Shown: positions 35,995-44,411 of the stretch, piece by piece | Position numbering within the stretch: position 1 is the first letter of the stretch | Layout: the number at the start of each line of letters is the position of its first letter | Source of the DNA: a virus | Lineage: Duplodnaviria > Caudoviricetes | Length of the DNA stretch: 64,000 nt | IMG/VR virus record: IMGVR_UViG_3300040751_000875 | Location: 1,623-65,622 of that record | Strand: one strand, 5' to 3' | The notes under the pieces: model-generated | Database searches by the model: none | Seen by the model: the letters and a program-made list of their open reading frames with translations, nothing else | What the model was told of the DNA's origin: nothing | Translations under genes and position numbers: made by a program

Positions 35995-37040
35995 AGATAC
36001 TAATGCCATATAAAGCCGATCGAGGATTTGATATCGGAAGTGATATGGTTACCGGTGGTATCGAGAAATTCATATCGGATGTGAACACCAACTTTGATGT
36101 AATACCCGTACGTTTACCTTTAGGTCATTCTAAATTTAATGGAAAGAACCGTAAACAAATTATGGCAGAAGCAGTTGCCCAATATAATCCAGACATCATA
36201 TTTTTAAACAGCATTGAATTAACTGGTGGTATGGTCAGACATGGTATTCCAATTGTTGCAATATTTCACATAGGTATAGAGAAGGGCATTACACTTCTTA
36301 GCAGTTTACCAGCACTTCAAAAGTTAACCAATGAAGGACACCACATATATTTTGTAAGTGAACATCAGCATGATTTCTGGAAATCTAACTCGGAAAGATT
36401 AAAGACACCCTTTGAAATTAAAGGATATATTAACCCATCTTACGTTTCTGTAACAGACAATATATCAAATATTGAGTATGATGTAGGTACGATTGGACGA
36501 TGTTCAACGTGGAAAAGGCCGTTTTTATTACATACCAAGAGTATGGATAACCTTTCTAGTTTAGTGATATCTACTGCCCCTAACGAATCTAGCATGCAAA
36601 AGGAACTAGATTATTATCAGAATAACCTTAATTGGTCACCACCCCAAACAACAATGTGGGACTTACCCCACACCCAAGTAATAAAAGAAATAAGTAAGGC
36701 ATCTGTTTATTGCTCTACCTGCCCCGATGAATCGTACGGTATCACGTCGCTAGAGGCGTTATCTCAAGGATTACCTATTATACTATTATGTGATAAAAGC
36801 ATGAATCATGCGAGCGAATGCATTCCAGCTAGTACTACGCATTATGTGAAGTTATCAAATAAGTGTAGTCCAGAAGAATTTAAGAGTGCCGTAGAATCAT
36901 TACAAGTGCTGGATCGAGCAGAGATTGCACAAATGACTAGGGAAAAACATTCATTGGAGAATTGGAAAAAGTCAATTCAAACCATATTTGAGAATAGGTT
37001 ATCAGATAAAAATATGCATAATTTAATGAACTTTTTTTAA
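35991..37040 (+). CDS. GT-B fold glycosyltransferase (GT4-like)
   Basis: GGIEKF, IGR...KR, ESYGITSLEALSQGLPII. Confidence 0.8.
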   Translation: MKILMPYKADRGFDIGSDMVTGGIEKFISDVNTNFDVIPVRLPLGHSKFNGKNRKQIMAEAVAQYNPDIIFLNSIELTGGMVRHGIPIVAIFHIGIEKGITLLSSLPALQKLTNEGHHIYFVSEHQHDFWKSNSERLKTPFEIKGYINPSYVSVTDNISNIEYDVGTIGRCSTWKRPFLLHTKSMDNLSSLVISTAPNESSMQKELDYYQNNLNWSPPQTTMWDLPHTQVIKEISKASVYCSTCPDESYGITSLEALSQGLPIILLCDKSMNHASECIPASTTHYVKLSNKCSPEEFKSAVESLQVLDRAEIAQMTREKHSLENWKKSIQTIFENRLSDKNMHNLMNFF

Positions 37041-37048
37041 AAAAAGTG

Positions 37049-37077
37049 TTGACAAGTATGTTTTTATGTGATATAAT
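37049..37077 (+). promoter_or_regulatory. Sigma70-type early promoter
   Basis: AAAAAAAGTG-TTGACA-17-TATAAT. Confidence 0.85.
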
Positions 37078-37111
37078 AGTACCTATAATTTAATGGATAA
37101 GGAGTTATTTT

Positions 37112-37390
37112 ATGAATAGATTAGAACTAATCAAAGCGGCCGCAGAAAAGGCCCAGATTAAAAAGGCAATAAACAATGTTGCTGCTCGTAAAGCCGCACT
37201 TAAGGCTGAAATGAAACTTCATAAGAAGTTAACCAAGTCAGTTAAGAAGGCTGAACATCAGGCCCCTAAAAGTTTAGAGGCATTTTCAGAAGAGAATTTA
37301 TATTACACGGATAAGGAAACCAAAGACTATTTGGCAGGAACCTCTTATATGGAAACCTATGAATCAATGAGGAGTCAAGATGAATACTAA
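37112..37390 (+). CDS. Hypothetical early protein
   Basis: TAAGGAG RBS; A/K-rich helix. Confidence 0.7.
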   Translation: MNRLELIKAAAEKAQIKKAINNVAARKAALKAEMKLHKKLTKSVKKAEHQAPKSLEAFSEENLYYTDKETKDYLAGTSYMETYESMRSQDEY

Positions 37391-37553
37391 AATTCACAGT
37401 GTCAGTTTAGAAGTAATTGAAAGGTTGGTAAAAGAAAACACCAATGATTATGATTTAGGCGAAGCGGTACGCGAGTTATATAATAAAATTGTCGACGGGC
37501 CAATTGTCGATGATGCCGGATGTGATATCAAGACAGGGAAGTTCCTAGGATGA
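37380..37553 (+). CDS. Small hypothetical protein
   Basis: GAGGAG RBS; NDYDLGEAVR motif; below ORF track cutoff. Confidence 0.55.
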   Translation: MNTKIHSVSLEVIERLVKENTNDYDLGEAVRELYNKIVDGPIVDDAGCDIKTGKFLG

Positions 37554-37714
37554 TGTCAATGGAATTAGCAGTAACTCGCCTTAATGCTTTAAAACGAGCA
37601 GAGCAAAAGGCAACGAATCCGGAGTTTAAAGAACTGTGGAAAAATAAACGAAAAGAACTTGTTGAATTATTACAATCCGGCAACTCTTATGACGAACATG
37701 GAGAACTATTATAA
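37550..37714 (+). CDS. Small hypothetical protein
   Basis: ATGA coupling; A.NPEFKELW..K motif. Confidence 0.55.
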   Translation: MMSMELAVTRLNALKRAEQKATNPEFKELWKNKRKELVELLQSGNSYDEHGELL

Positions 37715-37908
37715 TGGACTATATAGGTATGTTTTTTGTATTATTTTTTATGTTCCTTTTTAGTTATGTGGGATTTCACATAGCGATTGAAAAGGATATG
37801 AAAAAGCATATACCTTTGCCTTGGGAACCAGGTGGGTTTCTTAATAGGCAAGATGTAAAACCTTTTAACAAGAGCGATATTAAATATCGAGATGGAGATA
37901 ACACATGA
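37714..37908 (+). CDS. Small membrane protein
   Basis: N-terminal TM; IPLPWE. Confidence 0.6.
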   Translation: MDYIGMFFVLFFMFLFSYVGFHIAIEKDMKKHIPLPWEPGGFLNRQDVKPFNKSDIKYRDGDNT

Positions 37909-38147
37909 GTGACGGAAAAATGTCATATATGGAAATCAGTTCTTATTTTGAAAAGAACCGACAGGCTGATGTGATACGAACAGTAGGCCTTAACGAAGAC
38001 AATTATTTTGGAGTACGATATAGTATTGATAACCAGGTGCTAGGCATTGAATGGTATCCTACTAAATCTGAATCCTACTCCGAGAGTGCGGCAGAAAATT
38101 ATGTAATGGGAATAAAGGAATACCCTTCAAATCCTGCACTTGATTAG
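37905..38147 (+). CDS. Hypothetical protein
   Basis: KSESYSESAAENYVMG; GGAG RBS. Confidence 0.65.
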   Translation: MSDGKMSYMEISSYFEKNRQADVIRTVGLNEDNYFGVRYSIDNQVLGIEWYPTKSESYSESAAENYVMGIKEYPSNPALD

Positions 38148-38154
38148 TTTTGTG

Positions 38155-38216
38155 AACCCTCTGATGGCCCCTTCAACTCCTTATCACACGAATGCCATCA
38201 GGGGGTTTACTTTTAT
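38155..38216 (+). ncRNA. Stem-loop with anti-Shine-Dalgarno loop (candidate sRNA or terminator)
   Basis: 14-bp stem AACCCTCTGATGGC/GCCATCAGGGGGTT, 25-nt loop containing AACTCCTTATCA, T-rich tail. Confidence 0.5.
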
Positions 38217-38234
38217 TGAAAAGCGTGGTATAAT
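38206..38234 (+). promoter_or_regulatory. Sigma70-type promoter
   Basis: TTTACT-17-TATAAT with extended -10 TG. Confidence 0.7.
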
Positions 38235-38259
38235 ATACATATCACATTAAGGAGTAATT

Positions 38260-39435
38260 ATGGTTAGTAAAACATTAGAAAAGAAAAGAGTTCAAGGCAG
38301 GAAAAATCGTGTCACCATTGAAGATAAGTATTTAGGCCCAGAGCCATGGTGGGATGAAGATAATCCACCACCTACCGATAAAAGCGGCCGAAGTATTGCT
38401 TGGTCAAAGGCCGCCCATTGGTACGGGTACTTTTTAAAGACTAAGGATTATGTACCCTTTATTATCCGTTATGCAGAAGAAGTCCACGGGTTCAATAACA
38501 CCCAAATTGAAGCTATCAAGGCACTAAAAGATTACGAAATCATGCATCATTGTGGTGCAGTTGCACGTTTACATTTCCGTGGTTGGAATCATGAAGAGGA
38601 ATTGCACCAACGATTACTTGAAGAATTAAATAAAAAGGTAGAGAAAGGTAAAGAGCTCTTAAAAGAAAAGAAAGAAATTAAAAAGACTGCTCCGCCTGTT
38701 ATCAGTCCTGCTCAAAGGGCATATATGAATATGATGGAAACCATTCATGCCGATTGGGATGAAATGGTAATTGATAGTTGGATGGATGGAAACTTTAATC
38801 CAGTCTTTAATGTATACGAATTGTGGAAGAAACACGGCCTGAAAGGTAATGTAATTAATGCCTTTAAGGAAAAAGTTCAAATGGAATATGATATAGTATC
38901 TGATGCTTATAACAATAATTGTGACCAGGCTGTAGAGGCATATTCTCATATCACAAGGCGTAGACAAAAGAAGATGTTGAATCTCATGGATAATATCTTT
39001 GCAGATCTTGATAAATTAAAAGACAGTTTCAAGGCTGTAAGAATGCCTAGAGCTAAGAAACCAAAGTCAACAGATGCCCAAGTTGCAAATCTAAAATACT
39101 TGCAAGAGGACATCGATTCAAAAGTAACCTCTATTAACCCTGTACTAATACCAGGCAAAGAACACTTACTTGTATATAATGTAAAATACAAGTCACTTGC
39201 TCATTATGTCAGTACTGCTACTAAAGGGTTTGAGGTAAGAGGTACTACTCTTTATAACTTTGATGAAAAATTATCGAAGGGAGCAAAATTAAGAAAGCCA
39301 GAAGATGTATTACCTGAAGTGTTGAAACTCACGCCTAAACAAATTGATAAAAGAGTTTGGGATAAATTAACAACGAAGATAGGTAGTCCAAACGGTCGAA
39401 TAAACAAAGACTGTATACTACTTAGAGTAATATAA
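38260..39435 (+). CDS. Conserved T4-like hypothetical protein
   Basis: YLGPEP.W, KGFEVRGTTLYNFD, LRKPED.L, NGRINKDCILLR. Confidence 0.75.
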   Translation: MVSKTLEKKRVQGRKNRVTIEDKYLGPEPWWDEDNPPPTDKSGRSIAWSKAAHWYGYFLKTKDYVPFIIRYAEEVHGFNNTQIEAIKALKDYEIMHHCGAVARLHFRGWNHEEELHQRLLEELNKKVEKGKELLKEKKEIKKTAPPVISPAQRAYMNMMETIHADWDEMVIDSWMDGNFNPVFNVYELWKKHGLKGNVINAFKEKVQMEYDIVSDAYNNNCDQAVEAYSHITRRRQKKMLNLMDNIFADLDKLKDSFKAVRMPRAKKPKSTDAQVANLKYLQEDIDSKVTSINPVLIPGKEHLLVYNVKYKSLAHYVSTATKGFEVRGTTLYNFDEKLSKGAKLRKPEDVLPEVLKLTPKQIDKRVWDKLTTKIGSPNGRINKDCILLRVI

Positions 39436-39442
39436 GGAAGGC

Positions 39443-39679
39443 ATGATTGAGCAAAAAATTATGACACGTAAACGATTCTCTACTGCGGTAGAGAATCTTG
39501 TTTCAGAAGGTAAGGGGTTGTCCTACATTGAGGCAGCTGCTTACTTAATAGAGCAAAGGGGAATGGACTTTAAAAGTCTTAACAGATTGTTGTCTGATTC
39601 CCTTAAACAAAAAATTGAGGCGGAAGCCAGTGATTTAAATTTACTAAGGACTAAACAGACAAATAAGTTACCACTATGA
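39443..39679 (+). CDS. Late promoter transcription co-activator gp33-like
   Basis: FS..VE.LV...LSYIEAA, L...LKQKIEAEA..LNLL; upstream of gp59/gp32. Confidence 0.85.
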   Translation: MIEQKIMTRKRFSTAVENLVSEGKGLSYIEAAAYLIEQRGMDFKSLNRLLSDSLKQKIEAEASDLNLLRTKQTNKLPL

Positions 39680-40263
39680 TGGATCCCTTTGAATCTTATA
39701 AACTATATAATGCATTAAAACTTCATTTTGAAACAGATGGTTACGATGCCGTAAAATACAATTATAAATCAAACGTGACACCCCAGTCATTCTTTAAAAG
39801 AAAGGATAAGTACTTCTTTGCAAAGTTGGCCAAGAAGTATAATGGGAATTTAAAGGACTTTTACATTTCACAATTCGTTAACACAGAATCATATGTTGGC
39901 GATATGATGGATGAAGAGGCAGAAAAGAACTATTTAAATTATAAAAGAATTCAAGAAAGCATACATCGTGTGTTTTCAATTGATATAAATATACTAGGTG
40001 AACAAGAAAGGAAGTTTGATGAGCTCTTTAAGAGTTATCACGGACAACTACCCTTGGTCGTCAAGTTATGGCTTCAAGAGGAAATCAGTTTAGAAACTGT
40101 AGTGATTCTTGATTCCATATTGGGGTTTGTAGAACGTGAATCCGATAATATAACAGATACCATTATATGGCCTGATTTAAAACGGAGAATCAATAAATAT
40201 AAACCCTTCGTAAATTATACGGAAGATAAATGCATGAAGTTGTTGACAAATGTGTTTGTTTGA
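39676..40263 (+). CDS. Helicase loader gp59-like
   Basis: YKLYNALKLHF...YD..KY, F.KRKDKYFF.KL, ISLET..ILD. Confidence 0.88.
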   Translation: MMDPFESYKLYNALKLHFETDGYDAVKYNYKSNVTPQSFFKRKDKYFFAKLAKKYNGNLKDFYISQFVNTESYVGDMMDEEAEKNYLNYKRIQESIHRVFSIDINILGEQERKFDELFKSYHGQLPLVVKLWLQEEISLETVVILDSILGFVERESDNITDTIIWPDLKRRINKYKPFVNYTEDKCMKLLTNVFV

Positions 40264-40271
40264 TGTATAAT
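40243..40271 (+). promoter_or_regulatory. Sigma70-type promoter for gp32
   Basis: TTGACA-17-TATAAT. Confidence 0.8.
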
Positions 40272-40353
40272 ATACATATAATTATGAATAAAGTGAAATA
40301 CAACAGAAACGACTACACTAGAGTCGTAATACAACGCAATACGGAGAAATAAA

Positions 40354-41250
40354 ATGTCATTTGCAAATCTAAAGAGCACTCGAGGCTCGTCAATCGACAA
40401 ACTCGTAAAGGCTGCGGAAGCAGTATCAACTAAAACAGAATCTAATTCCTATGGGGATGACAGATTTTGGAAACCTACCAGAGATAAAGCAGGAAACGGT
40501 TATGCCGTAGTCAGATTCTTACCTGCCAAAGAGGGTGAAGACCTTCCTTGGGTAAGATATTGGGACCATGGTTTTAAAGGCCCTACTGGTCTATGGTATA
40601 TCGAAAACTCTTTAACTTCTATTGGACAAGATGATCCAGTATCAGAGATGAACTCTGTTCTTTGGAACTCTGGTCGTGATGAAGATAAAGCTATTGCAAG
40701 GGAGAGAAAAAGACGTTTACACTATGTAAGTAATGTTCTCGTTGTTTCTGACCCTAGTAATCCAGAAAACGAAGGAAAGGTATTCTTATACAAGTTTGGT
40801 AAGAAAATCTTTGATAAGATTATGGAGTCAATGCAACCTGCATTCGAAGACGAAGATCCTATCAATCCTTATGACTTCTGGGAAGGAGCGGAATTTAAAA
40901 TTAAAATCCGCAAAGTAGAAGGTTGGGTAAACTATGATAAGTCAGAGTTTGCTACACAGTCTGCATTATATGATGGTGATGAAGACAGATTAGAAGAAGT
41001 ATACAATAAATTGTATTCACTTCAGGATTTCCTGGATCCTTCTAATTATAAATCATATGATGAATTGAAATCCAAAATGAATAAAGTTTTGGGTATCGAT
41101 GCAGGTGCTCCTTCTATGGAAATGCCAGAAATGAATGTGGTTGAAGAAACTCCAGTGGCAGCCGTGTCAACGCCTGTTATGGAAGAACCAACTAGTGACG
41201 ATGAGGATGATACATTATCATACTTTGCTAAACTGGCTAAAGAATCATAA
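40354..41250 (+). CDS. Single-stranded DNA-binding protein gp32
   Basis: DDRFWKP..DKAGNGYAVVRFLP, WYIENSLTSIG, KFGKKIFDKI, acidic tail. Confidence 0.95.
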   Translation: MSFANLKSTRGSSIDKLVKAAEAVSTKTESNSYGDDRFWKPTRDKAGNGYAVVRFLPAKEGEDLPWVRYWDHGFKGPTGLWYIENSLTSIGQDDPVSEMNSVLWNSGRDEDKAIARERKRRLHYVSNVLVVSDPSNPENEGKVFLYKFGKKIFDKIMESMQPAFEDEDPINPYDFWEGAEFKIKIRKVEGWVNYDKSEFATQSALYDGDEDRLEEVYNKLYSLQDFLDPSNYKSYDELKSKMNKVLGIDAGAPSMEMPEMNVVEETPVAAVSTPVMEEPTSDDEDDTLSYFAKLAKES

Positions 41251-41272
41251 TAATAATAATTAGTATTCTTTT

Positions 41273-41297
41273 GGGGGACTTCGGTCCCCCTTTTTTT
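41273..41297 (+). terminator. Rho-independent terminator with cUUCGg tetraloop between convergent genes
   Basis: GGGGGAC-TTCG-GTCCCCC-TTTTTTT. Confidence 0.9.
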
Positions 41298-43161
41298 ATC
41301 TAGTGGCGTTTGCCTCTCTAGTTTTATTAGGTTTGGGTGGATTCATAATAACGGTATCTCCACCTCTAGTTTGTGAATTGTTTGTAGCAACTGATACGTT
41401 ACTTGCAGCTTGTTGTCCACCGGCCATTCTAAGGTCTACATTTTCTGCTGATACATTCATTAGCCCTACTCCAGTAGTATTTTGATTTGCATCTATTGAT
41501 GTACCATCTGGGGTGTCCATATTTAACACACCCTTCAGCCTATTAATGTTCAATACCGCTTGTTCTACATCATCAGAAATCTTTGCAAGACCTTCTACTT
41601 TAAAGTCATTGAACATGCCACCAATTTCTACTTTACCGCCCATAATGACGGTTTCTAAAATCTTGGAAGATGTGGCTAAATCTGTGGCAAACTTTTCGGC
41701 ATCAAACTCGACACCACCAATACCATTAAATCGTTCTACCGAATCGGCAAATCTTTCAAATGCATCAACACCTTTATTAACGGTATCTGCATTCTCTCCT
41801 AAATGGATTGCAGATTCTATAGGGGATTTATTACCACTTAAAAAGTCCAGTGCTGTAGAGGCTGCATTGGCTAGAGAACCTACGAATGAACCCCCACCAA
41901 ATGCGGCAAGTCCTGCACCTAATGCTCCTAGTGCAAGTACTGTTTCATCAATCTTGTCTATATTTCCCAGACCACCTATTGAAAGTAAAGTAGCAACTTC
42001 ATTCTTAATTGATTCTCCACTCATCACTCCATCGCCGATTCCTGCAAAGAATGAACCAACGCCAAAGGCCGCAAGTCCAGTACCTAATGCAGTTAATGAT
42101 CCTACTGCCTTAGTTACTCCTTCTCCTGTTGCATTTGGGTCTTCTGCAATAGAAAGTAAATGGCCAACTGTTTCACGTATTGCCTCTCCCTGGCCTTCGT
42201 GTGAACCTTTTGCAAAGAATGCACCTACTCCGAATTTAAGTAATCCACCTGATAAGGCTCCTAAATCATCAGAAACTGCTTGACCTGATCCTAAATTAGG
42301 ATCTTGTGATATAGAAAGTAGTGTTGCAACCGAGTCTTTTACCTCTTGTGCCTGAGTTGCACTTGCTGCATTTGCAAAGAATGATCCAATACCAAAGGCA
42401 ACGAGTCCAGTTCCTATAGCGCCAAGAGTACCGAATACTCTTAAAGTATCTCCTTCTTTACCTGGCAATTGAGCAATACTTAAATATGTGGCTACTGCCT
42501 TCTTAACTTCCTGTGCAGTGTCATCAGAAGCGGCCTTTGCAAAGAATGACCCTATTCCAAATGCAGCGAGGCCAATGCCTATTGCACCTAGTGTTCCCAT
42601 TACTCTTAAGGCATCACCTTCTTCGCCTGGTAATCTAGAAATTTCTAATAGGTCTTTTACATTAGCAACAATCTTTTTGCCATCCATCTTTTCTAGTGTA
42701 TCAAGTAAGAATGCACTAGAGGCAAATACTGCTGCTACACCTGCAGCTGCTGCACCAACTCCGATACCTGCACCACTAAGTAGTTTACCTACCCCGGCCA
42801 TCTTACCACCGCCTGAGTCACCACCAGAAGATGAGCCACTATTTTCTGGTATACCAGAAGACCTCATGGCCTTTAATTCATCACGTATTTCTTCAAAGAT
42901 ACTGGCTCTTTCAGTGGCCTTTTCTTGGTCTGACAATTTATTTGCATTCATTGTCTCGAAGAAATTATCAAATCCTATATTAACCCTATCACTCATTTCC
43001 AAAGAGGCTTGTTGGATCTTTTTCATCTCCAATAAGTGTCTTCTTGTATTTCTACCATCACGCTCAATCTCGCTAGTCGCACGATTATTCTCGGTCATGA
43101 GTTCTACAAGTTTAGATAAACTTTGCTCTTCTTTATTCGGTGGTGTAGGATTATCTTTCAT
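41296..43161 (-). CDS. Tape-measure / baseplate hub gp29-like protein
   Basis: Helical A/G-rich protein with about 50-aa repeats LGAxGxGLxxFGxGSFF; downstream of gp26/gp51. Confidence 0.6.
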   Translation of the reverse strand: MKDNPTPPNKEEQSLSKLVELMTENNRATSEIERDGRNTRRHLLEMKKIQQASLEMSDRVNIGFDNFFETMNANKLSDQEKATERASIFEEIRDELKAMRSSGIPENSGSSSGGDSGGGKMAGVGKLLSGAGIGVGAAAAGVAAVFASSAFLLDTLEKMDGKKIVANVKDLLEISRLPGEEGDALRVMGTLGAIGIGLAAFGIGSFFAKAASDDTAQEVKKAVATYLSIAQLPGKEGDTLRVFGTLGAIGTGLVAFGIGSFFANAASATQAQEVKDSVATLLSISQDPNLGSGQAVSDDLGALSGGLLKFGVGAFFAKGSHEGQGEAIRETVGHLLSIAEDPNATGEGVTKAVGSLTALGTGLAAFGVGSFFAGIGDGVMSGESIKNEVATLLSIGGLGNIDKIDETVLALGALGAGLAAFGGGSFVGSLANAASTALDFLSGNKSPIESAIHLGENADTVNKGVDAFERFADSVERFNGIGGVEFDAEKFATDLATSSKILETVIMGGKVEIGGMFNDFKVEGLAKISDDVEQAVLNINRLKGVLNMDTPDGTSIDANQNTTGVGLMNVSAENVDLRMAGGQQAASNVSVATNNSQTRGGDTVIMNPPKPNKTREANATR

Positions 43162-43164
43162 TTC

Positions 43165-43287
43165 TTATTCCTTATCTTTAAATCGGCTATCTATCCAACA
43201 TTTTCCGTAGTATATAATACCTAACCAAACGGTAAGAACAATGCCATCAAAGTAACTTAGATTATTTAATTCTGCTAAACCTTCCAT
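43165..43287 (-). CDS. Small membrane peptide (40 aa)
   Basis: MEGLAELNNLSYFDGIVLTVWLGIIYYGKCW...; GAGGA RBS, coupled. Confidence 0.5.
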   Translation of the reverse strand: MEGLAELNNLSYFDGIVLTVWLGIIYYGKCWIDSRFKDKE

Positions 43288-43895
43288 TATTTTATCCTCT
43301 TTACATTACCATTTTTATCAGCCAAATAGGCAAACATTTCAACCTGTGGATATTTACTCTTTAAATCCAACAAAGCTTGTAAATTTTCTTTATGGTCATC
43401 AAACAATCTGACCCTTGCATATTCACCTGTATCTAAATACTTTTTAAACACTACTGTTTTATTTTGTGCGCTGTTTCCACCACCAATATTACCAGCTCTC
43501 TCAACATAAACATTTTTCATTGGTATTCCATGTGATTCAAATGTTTTGATAAAGAGTTTTTTATCGTCCATGTCTGCTCTTGCAGTAACGATAATCACTT
43601 TACTACCTTTTGCTGTGGCATTTTTAATTATTGCCTTTGCTTTTGCAATCATTCTTGCGATTGGAGTTGCTGTTTGGTAGAATATTTTGGCTGATTTAAA
43701 TTCACCAAAATCATATTCCTCTTGGTTACTTAATTTATAATCATTGAACTGTTGAGGAGTTAATGGTTTTGTTTTACCAGTAGTTTTGTTTTTAACCAAT
43801 ACACGAGCTTTTGATACAAACATAGTATCATCAATATCAAAGATTGTTAAACCTTTGCCTGCAGCTTCTATAATGTATTGTTTAAAACTTTGCAT
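43287..43895 (-). CDS. HAD-superfamily phosphatase with capsid-targeting-like N-terminus
   Basis: FDIDDT, VTAR, K, LFDD; MQSFKQYIIE. Confidence 0.8.
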   Translation of the reverse strand: MQSFKQYIIEAAGKGLTIFDIDDTMFVSKARVLVKNKTTGKTKPLTPQQFNDYKLSNQEEYDFGEFKSAKIFYQTATPIARMIAKAKAIIKNATAKGSKVIIVTARADMDDKKLFIKTFESHGIPMKNVYVERAGNIGGGNSAQNKTVVFKKYLDTGEYARVRLFDDHKENLQALLDLKSKYPQVEMFAYLADKNGNVKRIK

Positions 43896-44221
43896 TATTT
43901 CTTACTCGAAAATGCCTGTGAACCAAAGAATGCGGCCACAATACCTGCAACGGCTACAAAATAAGTTGCCGCCATATCTCCTAGTATATTACTTGCTTGT
44001 TCAAGTCCTGCCAATACTGCGATAACAACTGCAAATGGATATAATAACATCCCACCTAGGGCAAACCATGCCATTTTACGTTGTGCATCTCGCATTGCAT
44101 CTGCATCTTCGAGTTCTTTTCTTTTGAACTCCATATACATTTCTTGTTCTTTACGAGAAACTTTGCCGTCACCATTTGTATCAGCTGGATGATGACCACT
44201 TGCCTTAATTTCTTCTTCCAT
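43895..44221 (-). CDS. EF-hand plus two-TM membrane protein (holin-like)
   Basis: DTNGDGKVSRKE loop; two hydrophobic helices. Confidence 0.65.
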   Translation of the reverse strand: MEEEIKASGHHPADTNGDGKVSRKEQEMYMEFKRKELEDADAMRDAQRKMAWFALGGMLLYPFAVVIAVLAGLEQASNILGDMAATYFVAVAGIVAAFFGSQAFSSKK

Positions 44222-44361
44222 TACATACCTCTATAACCCGTTTTGGATTTATGTTTTAAATTTTCTTCCTCTATATGTTGTTTTAAAAGGGCAACATATA
44301 TTTGCCTCTCCCATGGTATCATACCTTCTAATTCAGTCAACCTATATCCATGATGTTGCAT
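44221..44361 (-). CDS. Baseplate hub assembly protein gp51-like (short; possibly a frameshift extension of gp26)
   Basis: FALMQHHGY.LTELEGMIPWERQIYVALL. Confidence 0.75.
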   Translation of the reverse strand: MQHHGYRLTELEGMIPWERQIYVALLKQHIEEENLKHKSKTGYRGM

Positions 44362-44411
44362 TAATGCAAAATTAGTTTGGTAAAAATTTTCCAAACTTTC
44401 ATGTGAGAGGC

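Noticed and set aside
41513-43210. Two long plus-strand ORFs (256 and 240 aa)
   Set aside because: Antisense shadows of the A/G-rich tape-measure-like gene; S/P/T-rich composition is expected from reverse-complemented codons
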